This document shows, in pieces, positions 10,178-20,510 of a stretch of 64,000 bases of DNA (position 1 is its first letter; each line of letters begins with the position of its first letter). Both the position numbers and the translations under genes were made by a program. Source of the DNA: an uncultured Chloroflexota bacterium (GTDB taxonomy: Bacteria > Chloroflexota > Limnocylindria > Limnocylindrales > CSP1-4); the NCBI GenBank assembly GCA_903822495.1, contig CAIJPD010000043.1, positions 46 through 64,045 on the forward strand, given 5' to 3'. Below the pieces are notes generated by a model. That model did not search any database, was not told where the DNA came from, and saw only the letters and a program-made list of their open reading frames with translations.

Positions 10178-10657
10178 ATGATCAGCCCTTCCCCTGGCCG
10201 CCCCCTGGCCGCCGTGCGCCTCGCGCTCCTGCTCGTCGTGACCCTGGTGGCCGCCGGCTGTGCGCGCGTCCTTGAGACCGCACCGGCCCCCACGCCCGGT
10301 GACTTCCCGGGGATCGCCAGCGTCCTGGGACAGCACGGCATCAGGGTGGAGAGCATCGCGTCCGGGGATGCCGGCTGCCCCGACGTCGAGCTGGCCCGAA
10401 CGGCCATCCGGTTCACCCTGGCCGGCGCCGACCAGCCCACCCCCGTGACCGCCCGGATCTACATCTTCGGGACGCAGGCCGCCTACGACAAGCGCCGCCA
10501 GTCGGTCGACGTGTGTGCCCGCTCATACATCACCGATTCGGCCCAGCTGCAGGTGGTCGACGCCGCGCCGTTCGTCCTCGTCGGCCAGGGGCCCTGGGCG
10601 ACGACGTTCGCGGCAACCGTGAAGCGTTCCCTTCGGGAGGCGGCCGCCCAGCCCTGA
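10178..10657 (+). CDS. Hypothetical lipoprotein
   Basis: Signal peptide with lipobox AAGC and a protein-like core. Confidence 0.7.
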   Translation: MISPSPGRPLAAVRLALLLVVTLVAAGCARVLETAPAPTPGDFPGIASVLGQHGIRVESIASGDAGCPDVELARTAIRFTLAGADQPTPVTARIYIFGTQAAYDKRRQSVDVCARSYITDSAQLQVVDAAPFVLVGQGPWATTFAATVKRSLREAAAQP

Positions 10658-11089
10658 CCCGGCACGGCAACCCGGCTGCCCGGGGCTTACCCGGTAGTAC
10701 CGGCCGCTCCCCCGCTCCGCAACGCTCCCGTGGCGGCCGCAGCCAACCCGACCGATCCGGCTCTCTCCGCAACCGCGCCGCCTGCACCGGACAGGACCCG
10801 GACCGGACCCCGTGCGGCTCGGCCGAACCGAGTCCGACCACACCTCGCTCCAGCCGAGCCGACCGCAACCGTGAGAGCCACCCCCAAGGCCATCCGTGGA
10901 CCCCCAGCGGGCCCCAACGGCCGAGGACCGCACCATGCGACCCGGCCCGGATCGGCCTTGCTGACCGACCGGTCCGGTCCCGTCCAACCGATGGTCAGGG
11001 GGGTCCGGGCCGGACCGTTCCACCGGATGGCGATGCCGACGACGATCGGGCGGTCGTCGCCAGGGATGCAGGCTGCCACGCTCCTCGGC

Positions 11090-11998
11090 ATGGACTCCTC
11101 CGCTTCCAACCCGGCTCACCCGCGCCGGCGCCGGCCGTTCGGCCTGGTCGCCGCCGCGCTCGTTGTGGTGCTCGTGACCCTGGAGGTCATCGCAACGTCG
11201 GCGGTCTCGGCCGCGCTCGCGATCACCCCGGCCAGGATTCCCGGCGCCGTCCCCGTGACCGGCCTCGGCACGAGGCCCGCGCCGGTCATGGCTGCCGCGC
11301 CGGCGGCGGTCATGGCCCCCACCGCGGCGGTCGTGGCTCCCACCCCCGAGGCGGCCCAGGAGACCACGTCGACACCTGACCAGACCGGCATCCCGCGTGC
11401 CGCCTCACCCTGGCTGCGCCTCGCGGCCGAGGAGCCCAGCTTCCTCCAGGCGACGCGCAGCGCCGCCCAGGCCCTCGAACAGCTCCAGTCCGTGGAGCCC
11501 GCCCCCGTGGCGGACGAGGCGCCGTCCGACCCTCCGCCGGCCGATGCCGGAGACGAGACGACGGCGGCGGCCGGTGGGCTGGCCGGAGCCGGCCGCGCGG
11601 CCGCCGTCGTCCCGAACCGCCTCCGGATCCCTTCCCTCGCGATCAGCCAGACCATCCGGCAGTTCCCGTGCGACCGATCACAGCCCCCCGACAACTTCGT
11701 CTACCAGTGGGGCTGCGCCGGACGCAACAACCTGTACCTCCTGGGCCACGCCTACTCGGTCTTCGCGCCGCTCCACGACGCGTACGCCGCCGGGCAGCTC
11801 CAGGTTGGGATGCTCGCCACCTTCACGGGCGCGGACGGCGCCGTCCAGACCTACCGCGTGACGACGTGGCGCCTGGTCCGTCCCGACCAGACGGCCTGGG
11901 CGGTTGCCAGCCAGCCGGTCCCCAGCATGACGCTCCAGACCTGCTACGGCTCCAACAGCGAGCTCCGCCTGCTCGTCCGCCTGGTGCTGGCCGGCTGA
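11090..11998 (+). CDS. Sortase-domain protein with Pro/Ala-rich linker
   Basis: N-terminal TM helix; RLRIPSLAI, LYLLGHA (His), MTLQTC (TLxTC) and RLLVR (Arg). Start uncertain. Confidence 0.8.
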   Translation: MDSSASNPAHPRRRRPFGLVAAALVVVLVTLEVIATSAVSAALAITPARIPGAVPVTGLGTRPAPVMAAAPAAVMAPTAAVVAPTPEAAQETTSTPDQTGIPRAASPWLRLAAEEPSFLQATRSAAQALEQLQSVEPAPVADEAPSDPPPADAGDETTAAAGGLAGAGRAAAVVPNRLRIPSLAISQTIRQFPCDRSQPPDNFVYQWGCAGRNNLYLLGHAYSVFAPLHDAYAAGQLQVGMLATFTGADGAVQTYRVTTWRLVRPDQTAWAVASQPVPSMTLQTCYGSNSELRLLVRLVLAG

Positions 11999-12063
11999 CG
12001 CAGGCGCCTCCGGCCGGTGCCGGCATCCTGCACGAATCGGGGACGTGCACTAGTGTGTCCCGC

Positions 12064-12774
12064 ATGTCCGAGCTCCCCACCTCGGCCGGTCCCGTCGAGG
12101 ATGCGCCGCTGGCCAATACCGATGGCCAGGCCGGCTCCTCAGCGTCCTGGCTCCGGCAGGCCATCCTGATCCGCCTCCGCCAGGGAGGACCCGCGTCTCC
12201 TGATGAGCTGGCCACGGCCCTCGGGGCCAGCCGCACGGGCGTCCTCCAGCAGCTGCGGACCCTCGAGAGCGCGGACCTGGTTCGTCACGTGACGGAACGC
12301 CACGGCGTGGGCCGGCCTCGCCACCGCTACGACGTGACGCCGGCCGCCCAGAAGACCTTCCCCTCCAACTACTCGGGGCTGGCCAACGGGCTGCTCCTGG
12401 CCATCCATTCGGTCGGCGGCGACCAGCTCATGGACCGCGTGCTGGCCGACCACCGCCGGCGCGTCAGCGACCGCGTCAAGGGCCTCCTCGCCGAGCGGCT
12501 GCCGGCCAACGCCACCATCGTGGACAAGGTCCGCGAGCTGGCGGTGATCCAGGACGAGCAGGGCTACCTGTCCGAGGTCCAGCTTGGGGCGGACGGCGTC
12601 ATCCGCCTGCACGAGCGCAACTGCGCGGTCTACAGCGTCGCGAACGGCGCACCCGCGGTCTGTGCGGCGGAGCTCGCGCTCTTCCGGGAGATCCTGGGCG
12701 GCGACGTGGTGCGGGAGAGTCACATCGCGGCCGGCGACCGCTGCTGCACCTACCGGGTGAGCACGCCCGACTGA
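12064..12774 (+). CDS. Winged-HTH metalloregulator, SufR-like
   Basis: HTH with GVGRPRHRY; C-terminal ERNC, VCAAEL and DRCCTY cysteines. Confidence 0.82.
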   Translation: MSELPTSAGPVEDAPLANTDGQAGSSASWLRQAILIRLRQGGPASPDELATALGASRTGVLQQLRTLESADLVRHVTERHGVGRPRHRYDVTPAAQKTFPSNYSGLANGLLLAIHSVGGDQLMDRVLADHRRRVSDRVKGLLAERLPANATIVDKVRELAVIQDEQGYLSEVQLGADGVIRLHERNCAVYSVANGAPAVCAAELALFREILGGDVVRESHIAAGDRCCTYRVSTPD

Positions 12775-12798
12775 CGCCTCCGCGCGAGCGGCGGCCGG

Positions 12799-13851
12799 TC
12801 AGGCTTCCTCGCGCTCCACGCTGATGCGCGTGGCGGGCTGGACGCGGAAGGACGGCACGTCCCCGGCATTCCGGACGAACGACGCGGCCATCGCGGTCGC
12901 GGCGGCCTGCTCCTGTTCGTCCACGGACAGGATGCCCAGCCGCCCCAGCGTGGCCATCTCGTCGCGGATGTAGGTTCGCAGCATCTCGGGGCCGTCGGTG
13001 CTGATCGTGAAGCGGACCTCGTTGCGCCGGAAGGTGTCGAAGATCCAGCGAAACTCGTCCCAGCCGGACACCACCTTGGTGTGGAGGTTGGAGCTGGGGC
13101 AGATCTCCAGGACGATCCCCCGCTCTCGCAGCATGGCCATCGCGCGCGGGTCGTAGGCCGCCTTGACGCCGTGGCCGATCCGGTCGGGCTCCAGCAGCTC
13201 GATGACGCGCGCGACCTCCTCGATCGGGCCCGATTCGCCGGTGTGCACGGTGATTCCCAGGCCGTGCTGGCGCGCACGCTGGAAGAGTCGCCGGTAGTCG
13301 GCGACGCGGAACATCGCGGACTCGGGCCCGGCCACGTCAATCCCCACCACGCCGCGATCGCGCCAGGCGATCGCCTTCTCCACGATGATCTCGTTGAGCT
13401 GGAACGGGAACGAGCGATCGAGGCAGAAGATCAGCCCGGGCCTGACCGGGTACTCCAGCATCGCCCGGTCCATGCCCCGCACGGCCGCCGCGATGATGTG
13501 GTCCAGGTCCTGCTCGCCGTTCCGGTTGCGCTTCATGGGGTTGAAGCGGAGCTCCACGGTGGTGACGTTGTTCTTGCGGTAGGCGCCGCCGACCACCTCG
13601 TAGACGCTGCGCTCCACCGCCAGCGGCGAGCTCTGGATCAGCTCCGTCCAATGGAAGAGCTGCAGGTAGCCGTCGAAGCTCTGCGAGCGCTTCGAGACGG
13701 TGATCATCTCCCGAAATGCCCAGTAGTCCTTGGTGGGGAGCTTGATCCCCTGGGCGTGGGCGATGCCCCACATGATCGCCGGGGCCACCGCGCTGCCCAG
13801 GTGGCAGTGGAGCTCGGCGAGGGGGATGGAGCGGGAGAGCAGGCGGCCCAT
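12799..13851 (-). CDS. Adenosine deaminase family protein
   Basis: ELHCHLG, HTGE, RIGHG, CPSSN and STDG motifs. Confidence 0.88.
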   Translation of the reverse strand: MGRLLSRSIPLAELHCHLGSAVAPAIMWGIAHAQGIKLPTKDYWAFREMITVSKRSQSFDGYLQLFHWTELIQSSPLAVERSVYEVVGGAYRKNNVTTVELRFNPMKRNRNGEQDLDHIIAAAVRGMDRAMLEYPVRPGLIFCLDRSFPFQLNEIIVEKAIAWRDRGVVGIDVAGPESAMFRVADYRRLFQRARQHGLGITVHTGESGPIEEVARVIELLEPDRIGHGVKAAYDPRAMAMLRERGIVLEICPSSNLHTKVVSGWDEFRWIFDTFRRNEVRFTISTDGPEMLRTYIRDEMATLGRLGILSVDEQEQAAATAMAASFVRNAGDVPSFRVQPATRISVEREEA

Positions 13852-14039
13852 GGCCCGAGCATACCCGAACGCGGAGCGAGCCAGCCGGGCTCGACCAGGC
13901 CGCGATTCCGGCTCGGACGGCCCGAGTTCCTGGTCCGGCGGACGTGCAGATTGGATGCGTCTGGCGACCCCGGCGCCGTCGTAGACTGGGGACCAACGCG
14001 GCGTCCCCGCAGGTGCGTGACGCTATGGAGGAGTTCCGG

Positions 14040-14939
14040 ATGAATTCAGCACGCTCACGGCTCGTGGCCCTGTCGGCCGCGGCCCTCTTCGTCTTCGGTG
14101 CCTGCTCGGCGTCGGCGACGCCGGCACCCTCATCGGGCCCGAAGGCCAGCCAGGTCGCCACCGTCCCGGACGACCAGCTGCTGTTCAAGGGCAAGCTCGT
14201 CGTGTGCTCGGACATGCCGTACCCGCCCCAGGAGTTCTTTGACGCGCAGGGCAACCCCGTCGGCGCCGACATCGACATGGCGAAGGCGATCGCCGCCCGA
14301 CTGGGCCTGACGGCCGACATCCAGAACTCCGTGTTCGACACGATCATCGCGGCCGTGACCGGCGGCAAGTGCGACGTGATCATGTCCGCCATGACGATCA
14401 CGCCCGACCGCCAGAAGCAGCTCGACATGATCCCGTACTTCATGGCCGGCCAGGCGTTCCTCGTGACCAAGGGCAACCCCAAGGCCTTCAAGACCCTCGA
14501 CGACCTGTGTGGCAAGAACATCGGCGCCGAGAGCGGCACCACCGAGGCCGCCTACGTCAAGGGCACCGACGCGTACGCCGGCAAGGGCCTGATCAAGGCC
14601 TGCACCGACAAGGGCAAGGCCGCGCCGACGCTCAAGGAGTACTCCAAGGACTCCGAGACGGTCGGGGCGCTGCAGGCCAGCCAGATCGACATCTACTTCG
14701 GCGACGTCCCGGTGGTGGCCAACTACGCCACCGAGAAGGCCGCCCAGTTCGAGTTCGCGCCGATCCCCGCCCTCGAGGGCCAGGTCCAGGGCATCGCGCT
14801 GCCCAAGGACAAGACCGGCCTGCGCGACGCGATCGTCAAGGCGCTGGTCGCCTCGATCAACGACGGCAGCTACCTCGCGATCCTGAAGCAGTACAAGATC
14901 GACGCCGGCGCCATCAAGGCGACGGACGTCAAGCCCTAG
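14040..14939 (+). CDS. Polar amino-acid ABC substrate-binding lipoprotein
   Basis: GGAGG RBS, lipobox FGAC, YPPQEF, GADID and MTITPDRQKQLD. Confidence 0.9.
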   Translation: MNSARSRLVALSAAALFVFGACSASATPAPSSGPKASQVATVPDDQLLFKGKLVVCSDMPYPPQEFFDAQGNPVGADIDMAKAIAARLGLTADIQNSVFDTIIAAVTGGKCDVIMSAMTITPDRQKQLDMIPYFMAGQAFLVTKGNPKAFKTLDDLCGKNIGAESGTTEAAYVKGTDAYAGKGLIKACTDKGKAAPTLKEYSKDSETVGALQASQIDIYFGDVPVVANYATEKAAQFEFAPIPALEGQVQGIALPKDKTGLRDAIVKALVASINDGSYLAILKQYKIDAGAIKATDVKP

Positions 14940-14976
14940 GCACCCCGGTCCCGTCCAGGGCCCGCAAGGCGACGCC

Positions 14977-15867
14977 GTGGCACGGCCCATGGCCGTGGGA
15001 GGATGGCGCGTCCTCGCCACCCTCCCACTCGCGGCGCTCATGCTCGCCGGCTGCTCGGGCAGCGGCTCGTACATCTACGACTGGAGCATCTTCGTCGACG
15101 CGGTGGTCCGGCCCGACGGCCTGATCCTGACCGGCGTCTGGCTGACGCTCATCATCTCGGTGGTCGCGCAGATGATCGGCGTGCTGTTGGGCGTCTTCAG
15201 CGCGCTGGGGCGCACCGCGCGACTCTTGCCGCTCCGGGTGCTGGCCGGGCTGTACGTCTGGCTCTTCCGCGGGACGCCCCTCCTGGTCCAGCTGACCTTC
15301 TTCTTCTTCGGCCTGTCCGTCGCGAAGATCTACACGTGGCCGCCGATCGAGCTCTTCGGGCTCTCGATCTCGGGCGAGATCCAGGCCGGCGTCTTCGCGC
15401 TGGGCGTCAACGAGGGCGCCTACATGTCGGAGATCGTGCGGGCCGGAATCCTGGCGGTCGATCGCGGCCAGCTGGAGGCGGCGCGCTCGCTGGGCATGAC
15501 CTACCGGCTGGCCATGCTCCGGGTCGTGCTGCCGCAGGCGGCGCGGGTGATCATCCCGCCGCTCGGCAACGAGTTCAACAACATGCTCAAGACCACGTCG
15601 CTCCTGGTGGTCCTGGGCAACGTCCCCGAGCTGTACGTCACGTTCTCGCGCAAGAACGGGAGCGGGCCCACCAGCTTCCACCCCTTTGAGCTCTTCCTGG
15701 CGGCGGCCGTCTGGTACCTGCTCCTGACCACGATCTGGAGCCTGGCGCAGGCCAGGATCGAGCGGCGGCTGAGCCAGGGCGACCGGCGCGACGAGGACCG
15801 GGGACTGCTGGACCGGCTCCTGGGGACAGGCGGCAAGCCCGACGCCCGGACGCGGGGGGTTCGCTGA
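14977..15867 (+). CDS. Polar amino-acid ABC permease
   Basis: [20 protein letters not shown] and [11 protein letters not shown]. Start uncertain. Confidence 0.92.
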   Translation: MARPMAVGGWRVLATLPLAALMLAGCSGSGSYIYDWSIFVDAVVRPDGLILTGVWLTLIISVVAQMIGVLLGVFSALGRTARLLPLRVLAGLYVWLFRGTPLLVQLTFFFFGLSVAKIYTWPPIELFGLSISGEIQAGVFALGVNEGAYMSEIVRAGILAVDRGQLEAARSLGMTYRLAMLRVVLPQAARVIIPPLGNEFNNMLKTTSLLVVLGNVPELYVTFSRKNGSGPTSFHPFELFLAAAVWYLLLTTIWSLAQARIERRLSQGDRRDEDRGLLDRLLGTGGKPDARTRGVR

Positions 15868-16694
15868 TGAGCGACCAGCCCGGTCTGCTGGAGATCATCG
15901 GCACCGCCGGCGCCCGTCCCGCGCCCGGCTCCAGCGACGTCGTCGTGGAGGCCACGGACGTCCACAAGTGGTTCGGCCGCAACGAGGTCCTCAAGGGCGT
16001 ATCGCTGACCGTGCGGCGGGGCGAGGTGGTGGTGATCTGTGGCCCGTCCGGGTCGGGCAAGACCACGTTCATCCGGTGCATCAACCACCTGGAGAAGATC
16101 CAGGCGGGCCGGATCCTCGTCAACGGGCACACGATCGGCTACCGCGAGCGCGACGGCAAGCTGATCGAGGACCGCGATGCCAGCATCGCCCGCCAACGGC
16201 GTGAGATCGGGATGGTCTTCCAGCGCTTCAACCTCTTCCCGCACCAGACCGCGCTCGGCAACATCATCGAGGCGCCGGTCCACGTCCTGGGCATCCCGGA
16301 GGAGGAGGCGAAGACCATGGGCCGCGCGCTCCTTGCCCGCGTCGGCCTCGGGACCAAGGAGGCCGCCTATCCCGCCCAGCTGTCGGGCGGTCAGCAGCAG
16401 CGCGTGGCGATTGCCCGCGCGCTGGCCATGAAGCCGTCGCTGATGCTGTTCGACGAGCCCACCTCCGCGCTGGACCCCGAGATGATCGGCGAGGTCCTGG
16501 CGGTGATGAAGGAGCTGGCGGCCGAGGGGATGACGATGATCCTGGTCAGCCACGAGATGGGCTTCGCCCGCGAGGTGGCGACGAGGGTCGTGATGATGGA
16601 CGAGGGCCAGATCGTGGAGGTGGCACCTCCCGGGGAGTTCTTCTCGCACCCCACGAGCGAGCGAACGCGGGCCTTCCTCTCGAAGATCCTCTAG
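15867..16694 (+). CDS. Polar amino-acid ABC ATP-binding protein (GlnQ family)
   Basis: [23 protein letters not shown] and [11 protein letters not shown]. Confidence 0.94.
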   Translation: MSDQPGLLEIIGTAGARPAPGSSDVVVEATDVHKWFGRNEVLKGVSLTVRRGEVVVICGPSGSGKTTFIRCINHLEKIQAGRILVNGHTIGYRERDGKLIEDRDASIARQRREIGMVFQRFNLFPHQTALGNIIEAPVHVLGIPEEEAKTMGRALLARVGLGTKEAAYPAQLSGGQQQRVAIARALAMKPSLMLFDEPTSALDPEMIGEVLAVMKELAAEGMTMILVSHEMGFAREVATRVVMMDEGQIVEVAPPGEFFSHPTSERTRAFLSKIL

Positions 16695-16741
16695 CGTCGG
16701 CCCGGCCGGGCAGCCAGCCGCGTTCGAATGACCGAGGGGCG

Positions 16742-17797
16742 TCAGCCGGCCAGCGTCCCCGGGACCACGCGGCCCTGCGCGTCGAGCGTCGCCTGCCGGC
16801 GCAGCGCCTTCAGCTCCGCGCCCGGCACCTGGCCTCGCGCGTGGTACGAGGAGCGGACCAGCGGCCCCGACTCCACGTGCCTGAATCCCATTGCCAGCGC
16901 CTCCGCCTTCATCTCCGCGAACTCGTCGGGGTGGTAGTAGCGCTCCACCGGGAGGTGGGCCGGCGTCGGCCGCAGGTACTGGCCGATGGTCAGGATGTCG
17001 CAGTCGACCTCGCGGAGGGCCAGGAACGCCTCGCTCATCTCGGGACGCGTCTCGCCCAGGCCCACCATGAGCGAGCTCTTGGTATGGGCCACGCGACCCA
17101 GCTCGGCGGCGTAGACCTTGGCGCGGGAGAGGACGCCCAGCGTCCGGTCCCAGCGGGCGCGCTTGCGGACCGGCTTCTGCAACCGGCGTACCGTCTCCAG
17201 GTTGTGATTGAGGATGTCCGGCCCGGCGCTCATCACCTCGCGGAGTGGCGCCTCCTCGCCGTTGAAGTCCGGGATCAGGACCTCGATTCCCATCCCGGGG
17301 CACGCCTCGCGGGACAGGCGGATGGTCTCGGCGAACGCGTGGGCGCCCCCGTCCGGAAGGTCATCGCGGGCGACGGACGTGACCACCACGTGCTCGAGGC
17401 CAAGGTTGCGGAGTGCCTCGGCCACGCGCCGCGGCTCGTCGTCGTCGAACCAGGTGGGCCGGCCGGTCTTGATGGCGCAGAAGCCACAGGCGCGGGTGCA
17501 GGTGTCGCCCAGGATCATGATGGTGGCCGTGCGCTCGTCCCAGCACTCCCCGATGTTGGGGCAGCGTGCCTCCTCGCACACGGTGTTGAGGTTGAGGCCG
17601 GCCAACAGGCCCTTCATGTCGCGGTAGCTGTCGCCACCGGGCAGCTTCGCCTTGATCCAGTCCGGATGACGGCGGACCACCGCGTCGCCGCCCGGCATTC
17701 CGGCCCCGCCCATCGCGATGCTCAGCGGCTGGTACGGCTCATGGCCGTGCCCGCCGGCGTGCCCGCCCGGCTGGAGGATGGGAAGGTCGCGTGCCAT
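16742..17797 (-). CDS. lipA: Lipoyl synthase
   Basis: CEEARCPNIGEC (auxiliary cluster), CTRACGFC (radical SAM) and VRSSY. Confidence 0.96.
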   Translation of the reverse strand: MARDLPILQPGGHAGGHGHEPYQPLSIAMGGAGMPGGDAVVRRHPDWIKAKLPGGDSYRDMKGLLAGLNLNTVCEEARCPNIGECWDERTATIMILGDTCTRACGFCAIKTGRPTWFDDDEPRRVAEALRNLGLEHVVVTSVARDDLPDGGAHAFAETIRLSREACPGMGIEVLIPDFNGEEAPLREVMSAGPDILNHNLETVRRLQKPVRKRARWDRTLGVLSRAKVYAAELGRVAHTKSSLMVGLGETRPEMSEAFLALREVDCDILTIGQYLRPTPAHLPVERYYHPDEFAEMKAEALAMGFRHVESGPLVRSSYHARGQVPGAELKALRRQATLDAQGRVVPGTLAG

Positions 17798-17863
17798 CGG
17801 TGGTTCGTTGCCCCCTGGTTGGATCGCTGACGCTGGCGGCCGGTGCCTGCCTGCCGGCGACGC

Positions 17864-19216
17864 CTAGTAGATGGGGGTGTCCGGACCCACGGCCTCGAGC
17901 CAGGCCTTGACGTCACCCATGAACCGCCCGACCTGGGCGCCATCCGTGGCGCGATGGTCGAAGACCACCGGCACGTTCATCATGGAGCGGATCGCGATCA
18001 CGTCACCCCGCGAGGTCTCCAGGACCACCGGCCGCTTCACGATCGCCTCGAGATTGACGATGGCAATCTCCGGCGTGTTGATGATGCTGCTGCTGAAGAC
18101 GGAGCCAAACGACCCGGTGTTGTTGACCGTGATGGTCCCGCCCTGCAGGTCGGCCAGGCGAAGCTTGTTGGAGCGGGCGCGCTCGGCGAGGTCCACCACC
18201 GCGCGGTTCAGGCCGCTGATCGAGAGCTGGTCCGCATCCTGGATCACCGGGACGATCAGTCCGTCGTCGACCGCGATGGCGATACCGACATTGACGCGCC
18301 GCTTCACCAGGAGCCCGCCCTCCGTCCAATGCGCGTTGATCCGGGGATGGCGGCGGAGTGCCTCCACCACGGCCTTGATGACGAACGGCACATAGCTGAG
18401 GTTCGCGCCTTCGCGGGCGCGGAACGCCGACTTGTTGGCTTCGCGAAGCGCCACCAGGCCAGTGACGTCCACCTCGACCATGGTCCCGGCGTGCGGGACG
18501 GTGCCCTTGCTCCGGGCCATGGCCGTGGCCACGCCCTTGCGCATCTGCGACCAGGCGATCAGCTGCTCGTTCTCGCCGGCGGCGAATGTCACCGGGGCGC
18601 CGGGCTGGGAGGCCGGGCGGGACGAAGACGGCGCGGGAGCGGGGGCGGCCGCCATTGGTGCGGCGGGGGCCGGGGCGGCGGGCAGCGAACCGGTGGCGCG
18701 GGCGGCCAGGTAGGCCTCGACGTCGTCGCGGGTGAGGCGGCCGCCTCCGCCGGTAGCAGTGATCTGCTCGGGCGACAGGCCGTTCTCGCGCAGGAGGCGA
18801 CGCACGGCGGGGCTCATGCGGGCGTCGGGATCGCCGGCGGCGGCCGCCGCGGCCGCGGCGGTGCTCGCCATGGCCGCGGGGGCTGGGGCTGCGGGGGCCG
18901 GGACGAGCGCGGCTGCGATCGGCGTGATCGGCACGAATGGCGCTGGTGCCGCCGGGATTGGGGCAGGAGCCGTGGCGCCGGCGGCCTCCTCGATCTCCGC
19001 GATCTCCGCGTTGTTCGGGACCGTCTCGCCTTCCTGGACCAGGATGGCGGTGAGCGTGCCCTCGAACGGCGACGGGACCTCGGCGTTGACCTTGTCGGTG
19101 ATGACCTCCAGCAGCGCCTCGTACTTGGCTACGTGATCACCGGGCTTCTTGAGCCACTTCCCGATTGTCCCCTCGGCCACGCTCTCGCCGAGCTGGGGCA
19201 TCGTCACCTTGGCCAC
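17864..19216 (-). CDS. 2-oxoacid dehydrogenase E2 (dihydrolipoamide acyltransferase, BkdB-like)
   Basis: GTG start with AGGAGG RBS; lipoyl domain VITDKVNAE, E3-binding SPAVRRL...GGRLTRDDV and catalytic DHRATDG. Confidence 0.93.
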   Translation of the reverse strand: MAKVTMPQLGESVAEGTIGKWLKKPGDHVAKYEALLEVITDKVNAEVPSPFEGTLTAILVQEGETVPNNAEIAEIEEAAGATAPAPIPAAPAPFVPITPIAAALVPAPAAPAPAAMASTAAAAAAAAGDPDARMSPAVRRLLRENGLSPEQITATGGGGRLTRDDVEAYLAARATGSLPAAPAPAAPMAAAPAPAPSSSRPASQPGAPVTFAAGENEQLIAWSQMRKGVATAMARSKGTVPHAGTMVEVDVTGLVALREANKSAFRAREGANLSYVPFVIKAVVEALRRHPRINAHWTEGGLLVKRRVNVGIAIAVDDGLIVPVIQDADQLSISGLNRAVVDLAERARSNKLRLADLQGGTITVNNTGSFGSVFSSSIINTPEIAIVNLEAIVKRPVVLETSRGDVIAIRSMMNVPVVFDHRATDGAQVGRFMGDVKAWLEAVGPDTPIY

Positions 19217-19356
19217 GAAGAGACCTCCTGGGCGGATCGAACCTGCTGCTGGCGGCCGGGCCGGGCCCGGCGCCTCGTTGCGCGTAGTGTCGCCCATCCC
19301 CCGCCACTCCGCCAGCGCGACTCATCGAGGCGGGCCGCCCACCAGCATGACGCTCG

Positions 19357-19737
19357 TCAGCGCCCGCGCTTTGCCAGCTGCGGCGCGACGATCTCGCGAT
19401 GTCGGGCCAGGACCGTGGCGGCCAGCGCGTCCAGCTCCGCGAGGAGGCGCTCGTCGACGGTGCTGAAGTTGAAGCACGACTTGCCCTGCATCCGCTTTGC
19501 GAGCTCGGGTGAGATCGAGGCCAGCAACTCCGGTCGCGCGTAGACGGTCATGAGGTAGAAACTGACGTAGCGCTTGCCCAGGCGGGTGCCCGCGACGAAG
19601 CCCCAGGGCTTGCCCACCGCCTCCGGCAGCTCAAGGACCGTGCCACTGTCGCCCTCCCGACTGGCGAACGACCCGCCGTGCCTGCGGAGGATCGCCCGCA
19701 GTCGCTCGTGGACATCCGGCAGGTCGGCTCCCGGCAT
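19357..19737 (-). CDS. Hypothetical protein, DUF1801/YdhG-like
   Basis: GKRYVSFYLM...KRMQGKSCFNF pattern. Confidence 0.7.
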   Translation of the reverse strand: MPGADLPDVHERLRAILRRHGGSFASREGDSGTVLELPEAVGKPWGFVAGTRLGKRYVSFYLMTVYARPELLASISPELAKRMQGKSCFNFSTVDERLLAELDALAATVLARHREIVAPQLAKRGR

Positions 19738-19800
19738 GGGACGCGCTCCTCTCTGCTGCAGGCCCCGGTGAAGAACCCCGGCCGATGATCGCCGTCGCGG

Positions 19801-19834
19801 AGAACACGAAGCCGGGCGCCAATGGCGCCCGGCT
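19801..19834 (-). terminator. Intrinsic terminator closing the NRPS/PKS operon
   Basis: Inverted repeat AGCCGGGCGCCA-A-TGGCGCCCGGCT (19810-19834), followed on the minus strand by TCGTGTTCT. Confidence 0.65.
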
Positions 19835-19885
19835 CCTGGTATCGCGCTACGCAGGTGCTGTCATCAGCACCGATGGGAACGTCGG

Positions 19886-20434
19886 TCAGAAGGGACCGTA
19901 GATGTAGTTCTCGGCGGCGTCGGGGTCCTCGCTGAACCAGAACGCCGCGCTGACCGCGATGACCTCCTCGCGACTGAGGAAGCCGTCGCCGTCCGTGTCG
20001 AACTTGGCGAAGTTGCCGGCCACGTCAACGTTCTTGTAGCCGTATGCCGCGATTCCGGCGTCGTACTCCCGGAGGGAGACCTTGCCGTCGTTGTCCGTGT
20101 CGAGGACGTCGACCAGGGCGCTGATGTACTTCTCGAGGGGGAACGCGCCGCCGCCGGCGCCCGCGGCGTCGTCGAGCGACGTCTGCCAGGCCGTCCATTC
20201 AGACGCGCTCACCCGTCCGTCGCGGCTGGTGTCGGCATGCTCGCGGATCTGGTTCCAGAGGGCGGTGGTCTCCGAGTCGAGCTTGGCCTTGCCGGCGGCG
20301 TCGATGGCCCCGGCCGCTGCCAGGCTGTCGGAGAAGCGGAGGTAGTCGGCGTGATCGATGAATCCATCTCCGTCGACGTCGTAGGCATCGAACAGGTGAG
20401 CGACCTTGCGGGCTCGAAACTCCGAGAGTGCCAT
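19886..20434 (-). CDS. EF-hand calcium-binding protein (calerythrin/SCP-like)
   Basis: Four loops: DVDGDGFIDHAD, DTSRDGRVSASE, DTDNDGKVSLRE and DTDGDGFLSREE. C-terminal YIYGPF; GGGAG RBS. Confidence 0.9.
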   Translation of the reverse strand: MALSEFRARKVAHLFDAYDVDGDGFIDHADYLRFSDSLAAAGAIDAAGKAKLDSETTALWNQIREHADTSRDGRVSASEWTAWQTSLDDAAGAGGGAFPLEKYISALVDVLDTDNDGKVSLREYDAGIAAYGYKNVDVAGNFAKFDTDGDGFLSREEVIAVSAAFWFSEDPDAAENYIYGPF

Positions 20435-20510
20435 GAGGTCTCCCTGCGGTGCGGCGATACTGACGAGTCGCCAATGGCCGCAGTGTATCCGGAACGCCCG
20501 GTGACCCTGA

